This document shows positions 58,245-63,060 of a DNA stretch of 63,060 nt, piece by piece; position 1 is the first letter of the stretch, and every line of letters starts with the position of its first letter. The stretch is from an uncultured Ruminococcus sp. (GTDB lineage Bacteria; Bacillota; Clostridia; Oscillospirales; CAG-272). Where the stretch lies: assembly GCA_964460165.1 (NCBI GenBank), contig CAYWPS010000003.1, positions 1 to 63,060 of the forward strand. Reading direction: 5' to 3'. The translations under genes and the position numbers were made by a program. The notes beneath the pieces are model-generated. The model made no database searches and was not told the origin of the DNA. It saw nothing but the letters and a program-made list of their open reading frames with translations.

Positions 58245-58437
58245 GGGAACAATATCGCTGAAAACAACAAGAGCCGATTTTACGGACACTAAAAATGTTC
58301 GTTAAATCGGCTCTTTCCGGTCATTCTTTTCGATTACTACCTGAAGGTAGCACATATTTAATTTTGAATTGAACCGCCGTATGCCGAACGGCACGTACGG
58401 TGGTGTGAGAGGCGGATCAATTTTTGCCTACTCGATT
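58225..58437 (+). mobile_element. Group II (class C-like) intron 3' remnant: ORF-less domain IV stub, domain V and domain VI
   Basis: Domain V at 58371-58405 is GAACCGCCGTATGCCGAACGGCACGTACGGTGGTG, with the CCGUAU...ACGUACGG signature, a CGC triad and an AC bulge. Domain VI is GAGAGGC...GCCT-A-CTC with a bulged A at 58430. The left boundary is approximate. Confidence 0.6.
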
Positions 58438-58609
58438 TTCCAAACCGCAGGTTCGGCATATCATTACCGCACGAAGTGTGGTGTATATCATCACGCGCCA
58501 GCGTGCATCTTTCCTGCGATTTGATAAGATTCAACACTCCGTATACGCTGTCAGCAGATTCTCCGTACTGCATTTGAGCTAGCCCCATTTATATGCGCTA
58601 TGGGATAAA

Positions 58610-59557
58610 TCAGTTTTCTTCTGTGGGAATGCGGCTAGCTACCAGCGATGTCAGCATTTCATCGGAGATTTCATTGCTAACACGACTGATTGAGTACTTT
58701 AGTCCGTCGCTCTCGCGGTAGTAATAGGTGCCGATATCGCTCATTTGCCAGCTCACACCGCCGAGGGACAATGTGCTCCAATCTCCTGCCGCATGTGTGA
58801 TGGTGACCTTTTCTGACACTTGTACCGTTGGTGACTCCTTCATGGCGTAATAAGCGGTTGCAGTCGTTGCGTTTTCCGCGGTATCGATCACGTAGAAGAA
58901 GTACTGATATTCATTGGCAACAACGTTGCCGGTTTCGAGCTCGATAGCCGCGTCAAGCTCGTATATCCCGCGTACTCCGTATGAATCGTAGTCGTACCTT
59001 TTGAGTGAACCGAGCTTTTCCTCAACGTAGGTGAGATCGGTAGCTTTGTCAACCTTCTCCCAGCGGACGGTGATATTCTCCGAGCGCATCTGCTTTTTTG
59101 AGATCAGTTCGGTATAGTCGATGGCATTTTTCGTATAATTCAACCCTTTTTTATTAACGCCGAGCTTATGCACACCGCTATTCTCGTTAACGCTCAAGGC
59201 GTCGTTGAATATGACGTATTCGATACTTGAGGTCTTTTCCTCGCTGTATTGATAGGCGAGTGTAACCTCTTTAACGTATGCGGGGGTTTTTGCGTCTTTG
59301 TGTACGTAATATCCCTTGCCCGAGCCTGTGATGATTAGATAATCCTCGTATAGATAATCTTCATCTTCAATATAATTTATGGTTTTTGGGGTATAACCTT
59401 CCTTGCGCTCATATTTTTCGATCCATGTGTACTCCGTGAGCTTGTACGTACCCTTGACGGTATCCATTTTCTGTCCGGATATCATATAGCATCCGACAGA
59501 TGACAGAAGAACGCTTGCGATCAGAACGGCTGCGAGTAAGTATTTAACCTTTTTCAT
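58610..59557 (-). CDS. Hypothetical lipoprotein
   Basis: Signal peptide with lipobox LSSVGC. 315 aa. AGGAGG RBS. No family recognised. Confidence 0.65.
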   Translation of the reverse strand: MKKVKYLLAAVLIASVLLSSVGCYMISGQKMDTVKGTYKLTEYTWIEKYERKEGYTPKTINYIEDEDYLYEDYLIITGSGKGYYVHKDAKTPAYVKEVTLAYQYSEEKTSSIEYVIFNDALSVNENSGVHKLGVNKKGLNYTKNAIDYTELISKKQMRSENITVRWEKVDKATDLTYVEEKLGSLKRYDYDSYGVRGIYELDAAIELETGNVVANEYQYFFYVIDTAENATTATAYYAMKESPTVQVSEKVTITHAAGDWSTLSLGGVSWQMSDIGTYYYRESDGLKYSISRVSNEISDEMLTSLVASRIPTEEN

Positions 59558-59615
59558 CTTTATTACCTCCTTTGGTGAATTTAAGTAAAAATTGTTATTT
59601 GTTACTTACAATTTA

Positions 59616-59644
59616 ATTATATCATAAAATAAAAACGCTGTCAA
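59616..59644 (-). promoter_or_regulatory. Consensus sigma-A promoter for the lipoprotein gene at 58610..59557
   Basis: Minus strand: TTGACA (59639-59644), 17-nt spacer, TATAAT (59616-59621). Confidence 0.7.
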
Positions 59645-59929
59645 ACCCCTCGCAAATTATCGGAAAAATGTATAAAATCACAATTTTTGCCAAAAAATCG
59701 AAAAATATTGCTTTTTTTGTGCTATAGATAAAGAAAACTTTTGCATTTCTCCAATATGTGAAAAGTAATTTTTAATATGTAAACATTTTTTGAAAAACAC
59801 CTTGATAACAGTTGCAATACCTTCCGTTATTCATTTATATAATTTGAAAGAAGCATTATCAAGTTACAGTAAAAAACAATATCTGATTTGTAAACTTACT
59901 TATAAGCGCATAATGCAAACGCGAAAATG

Positions 59930-59958
59930 TTGACAATTTAACGAAAATATGGTATAAT
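59930..59958 (+). promoter_or_regulatory. Consensus sigma-A promoter upstream of the leader ORF and lipoprotein gene
   Basis: TTGACA (59930-59935), 17-nt spacer, TATAAT (59953-59958). Confidence 0.75.
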
Positions 59959-59990
59959 TGCTATAAAGATATCAACGTGGAGGTGTCATC

Positions 59991-60095
59991 ATGAATAATA
60001 TTATGCAAAAGCAGCTTTACCCGTTGCACGATGTTTTCAGTTGCCGCCTTCAGTGGCACAAGGGGCAACTGAAATTTCTAATAAACATCGCATAG
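59991..60095 (+). CDS. Candidate 34-codon leader ORF
   Basis: GGAGGTG RBS 7 nt before the ATG. Peptide: MNNIMQKQLYPLHDVFSCRLQWHKGQLKFLINIA. Its TAG stop lies inside the 5' arm of the downstream terminator stem. Confidence 0.35.
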   Translation: MNNIMQKQLYPLHDVFSCRLQWHKGQLKFLINIA

Positions 60096-60133
60096 GTAGT
60101 GCTGATTCGACGGAGCTATCTATGCGCTTTTTT
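60090..60133 (+). terminator. Intrinsic terminator/attenuator between the leader ORF and the lipoprotein gene
   Basis: GCATAGGTAG-N16-CTATCTATGC (10 bp, one G-U pair) followed by GCTTTTTT. About 35 nt upstream of the GTG start at 60168. Confidence 0.55.
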
Positions 60134-60167
60134 ATTATATTTATTATCAAAAGAAAGGGTGTTTTAC

Positions 60168-61103
60168 GTGAGAAAAATTGTTTTGTTAATTCTAACGGTG
60201 TCAATGATCTTCCTTGTTTCATGCGATTTGTTGGAACACAAGCACACTGAAAGCGGTTGGAAGTGTACCGAGACTGAACATTGGCGTGTGCCCGTGTGTG
60301 ATAGAGAGAATTGCGTTTTGGAGCAAGAGGTTTACGATCTGGGAAATCATATTGACGATAATATTGACTGCGTTTGTGATATTTGTGGTTATAAAATAGA
60401 ACACAAGCACATTGAAGGCGAGTGGGCGTATGACGAGGAATATCATTGGAGAAGTTCTATTGATTGCACTTGGTCGATATGCAGTATTGATCCGGCGTTG
60501 ATTGCGCACGCAGATGAGAACGGAGATAAAACATGCGATGCTTGCGGTTATGAAATGATAAGTGAATTAAAGGCAATATCAAGCATAACCGATAACTCAT
60601 ATGAATTTGGTATTCCCGTAGGGGATGAAATTTTTTATAGCGACAGATACGGCTTTTATATGTTCGTTGGTAAGTTTAGCGAATACGTTATTGTCAGCTA
60701 CATAGACGGCACTTCGGAAAACGTAAGAGACGCGCTCAGAAACGGTCATATTCAAATATCGGATCTAGATAAATACGGCATTGAGTATTACGTACAGTCT
60801 ATGAGCCAGATGGCGAGTTCAATTGCTCGGTTCATCCTCACGCTTGACGATCTCAGTGCTATCGTTGAACGCTACGGCGAGAGCTTGACGTGGTCACATT
60901 TCGATAGATATTATAGTTGGGAGGTAGGATCAGGACTGTATATCCGTTATTATCCGATTGATGAGAATTACTCTCTGAGGGTTGGCGGTGGCGGCGTTAC
61001 GTCACCCCCAGACTATATTTATCTTGTTGATGAAAATAGTGATAACCGTATTGACGTACGATACGAAAGTATAGATGAGTTTTTAAATGCAAACTCAAAC
61101 TAA
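60168..61103 (+). CDS. Lipoprotein with two N-terminal His/Cys/Trp-rich ~55-aa repeats
   Basis: The GTG start gives VRKIVLLILTVSMIFLVSC (lipobox LVSC). Repeats: EHKHTESGWKCTETEHWR...CVCDICGY and EHKHIEGEWAYDEEYHWR...TCDACGY. Confidence 0.65.
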   Translation: MRKIVLLILTVSMIFLVSCDLLEHKHTESGWKCTETEHWRVPVCDRENCVLEQEVYDLGNHIDDNIDCVCDICGYKIEHKHIEGEWAYDEEYHWRSSIDCTWSICSIDPALIAHADENGDKTCDACGYEMISELKAISSITDNSYEFGIPVGDEIFYSDRYGFYMFVGKFSEYVIVSYIDGTSENVRDALRNGHIQISDLDKYGIEYYVQSMSQMASSIARFILTLDDLSAIVERYGESLTWSHFDRYYSWEVGSGLYIRYYPIDENYSLRVGGGGVTSPPDYIYLVDENSDNRIDVRYESIDEFLNANSN

Positions 61104-61144
61104 TGTAAAGTAATAACAAAAAAGCTCAAAGCAAGGAGAACGGT

Positions 61145-61654
61145 ATGGAACTTAAGGAAGCTCTCTTAAAGAGAAGAAGCGTAAGAAAGTTTACGGATAA
61201 GGAGGTGTCCGACGCGCAAATAGACGAGCTGCTCCACGCAGCTATGAGCGGTCCGAGCGCCTGCAATAAGACTCCGTGGGAGTTTTACGTTGTAAAAAAC
61301 AGCGAGAAGCTCAGCGCGGTCAAGAAGGCGTCGCTTTTCTCGCGATTTAACTCGTCGCTCGTGATAGTCGTAGCCGGTAATACGAGCCGCGCTTTGCCTG
61401 CGCCTCTTACTGAATATTGGATACAGGATTGCTCTGCGGCAATTGAGAACATTCTCCTTCGCGTGACCGATCTTGGTCTTGGAGCGGTTTGGTGCGGTGC
61501 CTACCCGCAGAAAAGAGTAGAGGATAATGTCGGTGCGGTTCTTGATATGCCCGCAGATCATATTCCGCTGGCGATTATCCATGTCGGATATCCAGCCGAG
61601 GTGCCGGAGCCTCGCGATCAGTACGACCCCGAGAGAGTGCATTTTGTAAAGTAA
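61145..61654 (+). CDS. Nitroreductase-family protein
   Basis: RRSVRKF motif. 169 aa. AAGGAGA RBS. Confidence 0.85.
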   Translation: MELKEALLKRRSVRKFTDKEVSDAQIDELLHAAMSGPSACNKTPWEFYVVKNSEKLSAVKKASLFSRFNSSLVIVVAGNTSRALPAPLTEYWIQDCSAAIENILLRVTDLGLGAVWCGAYPQKRVEDNVGAVLDMPADHIPLAIIHVGYPAEVPEPRDQYDPERVHFVK

Positions 61655-61657
61655 GAT

Positions 61658-62200
61658 ATGAAAAAGCTGATACTTATAGGCGGCGTTCTTGCCGGCGGAA
61701 AATCCACGTTCTCCCACATGGTTGGTGAGCGCTTCGGTATTTCCGTTGTGAACAAGGACAGATTGAAGGAGATCCTTGGCGATAATATTCCGACCTCCGA
61801 TAGAGACGAGAATAAAAAGCTTTCGGCAATATCCTTTGAGCTTATGTCTTATCTTGCGGAAGGCGAGGGAAGCGCGCTTATTCTTGAGTCCAATTTTAAG
61901 CCTTACGAGCTCGCGGAGCTCTCCGACAAATGCAATGCTATGGGCTGCGACGTGCTGTCCGTCGTTTTTGACGGTGATGATAAAGTCCTTCATTCCCGTT
62001 TTATCAAGCGTCTTGGCGAGAACAGACACCCCGTGCACAAGTCTCAGGACTTCACGCGTATTGAGGATTTTACCGAGACGCTTAACGAGCTTCGCTCTGC
62101 AGGGTATTTTGGCGAGATCATTCGCGTTGACGCTACTGATTTTTCATACCAAACAGATGAGACACTGTATGAAAGGATAAAAGTTTTTCTGAATAAGTGA
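61658..62200 (+). CDS. P-loop NTPase/kinase-like protein (AAA_33-like)
   Basis: Walker A GGVLAGGKST. 180 aa. Separated by 3 nt from the upstream gene. Confidence 0.6.
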   Translation: MKKLILIGGVLAGGKSTFSHMVGERFGISVVNKDRLKEILGDNIPTSDRDENKKLSAISFELMSYLAEGEGSALILESNFKPYELAELSDKCNAMGCDVLSVVFDGDDKVLHSRFIKRLGENRHPVHKSQDFTRIEDFTETLNELRSAGYFGEIIRVDATDFSYQTDETLYERIKVFLNK

Positions 62201-62269
62201 TTTTTCTATTGTTTTTTACGTAAAAATGTGATAGAATCTTACTGTACAACAGAAAAAACGGAGATTACT

Positions 62270-62905
62270 ATGGAAAACAATCTTTTTAACGATACTCCCG
62301 GGGTTCAGGATAATAAGGCGAGATTTATTGAGATATTCAAGACCAAGATAACGAGAGAGGGCGCGGATAAGCTGTTGCAGTTCCTTCTTTCACCTCACTC
62401 GGATTTCTTCACCGCTCCTGCGAGCTCACGTTTCCATTCCTCGTACGAAGGCGGTCTTCTCGACCATTCGCTCAACGTTTATGATTGCCTCGTAGCTTAT
62501 ATGAACTCGGATAAGGCAAAGCAGCTCGGCTTTGAATACAGCGATGAGTCACTCGCCATCGTAGCGCTCTTGCACGATCTATGCAAGGTGAACGTATATA
62601 AAAAAGGCTTCAGAAACGTCAAGGACGAGAAGGGTGTATGGCAGCGAGTCGATACCTATGAGTACGACGATCAGCTCCCCTACGGTCACGGTGAAAAGAG
62701 CGTTTATATGATATCTCCCTATATGATGCTCAAGAGGGAGGAGGCGTTCGCTATCAGATATCATATGGGATATTCCTCTACCGAGGATCAGCGCAACATC
62801 TCCGCCGCCTTTGAAATGTTCCCTCTTGCGTTTGCTCTGCACGTAGCGGATAGCGAGGCTACCTATTACATCGAGAGTGATAAATATAAGAAAATGAAGA
62901 AGTAA
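62270..62905 (+). CDS. HD-domain phosphohydrolase-family protein
   Basis: H...HD signature (RFHSSYEGGLLDHS...LLHDLCK). Start at MENNLF (62270) with a GGAGA RBS. Confidence 0.7.
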   Translation: MENNLFNDTPGVQDNKARFIEIFKTKITREGADKLLQFLLSPHSDFFTAPASSRFHSSYEGGLLDHSLNVYDCLVAYMNSDKAKQLGFEYSDESLAIVALLHDLCKVNVYKKGFRNVKDEKGVWQRVDTYEYDDQLPYGHGEKSVYMISPYMMLKREEAFAIRYHMGYSSTEDQRNISAAFEMFPLAFALHVADSEATYYIESDKYKKMKK

Positions 62906-62955
62906 TATACTACAACGGTAAATAATAGTCAATAGATGCTTTCAGAGAAAATACT

Positions 62956-62986
62956 AAGGCGCTGCGGAAAATCGCAGCGCCTTTTT
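62956..62986. terminator. Bidirectional terminator
   Basis: AAGGCGCTGCG-GAAAAT-CGCAGCGCCTT, a perfect 11-bp stem, followed by TTT. Confidence 0.8.
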
Positions 62987-63060
62987 AGCTATTAGTTATA
63001 CTTCTTTCTTGCAACGTAAGAAGTGTGGAGAGTGTGGTGAGCCTTGTGGCAACCGTAACC

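Noticed and set aside
58358-58588. 76-aa minus-strand ORF (MGLAQMQYGES...) from the track.
   Set aside because: It has no RBS. Its 3' half is the reverse complement of the group II intron domain V/VI sequence, and its composition is not protein-like. The plus-strand frames of the presumed 3' exon (58438-58609) gave no recognisable protein either.
60099-60167. ATG at 60099 as the start of the lipoprotein ORF (track start).
   Set aside because: That start would place 23 non-signal-like residues (MLIRRSYLCAFLLYLLSKERVFY) before a textbook lipoprotein signal, and it lies inside the terminator hairpin. GTG at 60168 with an upstream AAAGGGTG is preferred.
62992-63060. Possible 3' end of a minus-strand gene running off the window (...GYGCHKAHHTLHTSYVARKKYN*).
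   Set aside because: All three minus-strand frames are open over these 60-70 nt, so the frame cannot be chosen and no motif is recognisable. The bidirectional terminator at 62956-62986 suggests a convergent gene exists, but I cannot support a call.

Overview
This window looks like a chromosomal segment of a spore-forming Firmicute (Clostridia-like, roughly mid-GC by eye). The organism call rests on gene content (spoIIR, yaaT/PSP1, a LysM-GH18 cortex-type hydrolase) and on many near-consensus sigma-A promoters. Most of the window is housekeeping. It includes the conserved rsmI-yabB-yaaT-holB / metG-tatD neighbourhood, smpB, proS, ligA, potABCD, an ArsR-HMA-P1B-ATPase metal operon, an ECF sigma operon, several glycoside hydrolases (GH88, GH2, GH1) and one tRNA-Ser(CGA). 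The clearly accessory part is a visibly AT-rich block at about 54.3-58.6 kb. It carries two 5'-truncated RHS/YD polymorphic-toxin C-terminal cassettes with unrelated toxin tips. Each is followed by a candidate immunity gene. The two cassettes are linked by a ~280-bp direct repeat. Next to them lies the 3' remnant (domains V-VI) of a group IIC intron. No full-length rhs gene, integrase or transposase is present. Other items worth a second look: a promoter, 34-codon leader ORF and terminator upstream of a Cys/His-repeat lipoprotein; a small dispersed hairpin repeat with an identical 12-nt loop at two loci; an overlapping PqqD-like/S24-S26 peptidase pair with no visible precursor; a 56-aa ferredoxin missing from the ORF track; a PotD with an extra C-terminal membrane anchor; and a BirA-like protein lacking the GRGRxGR loop. 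No CRISPR array, rRNA or tmRNA was found. All calls come from reading the sequence and motif recognition; no database search was run.
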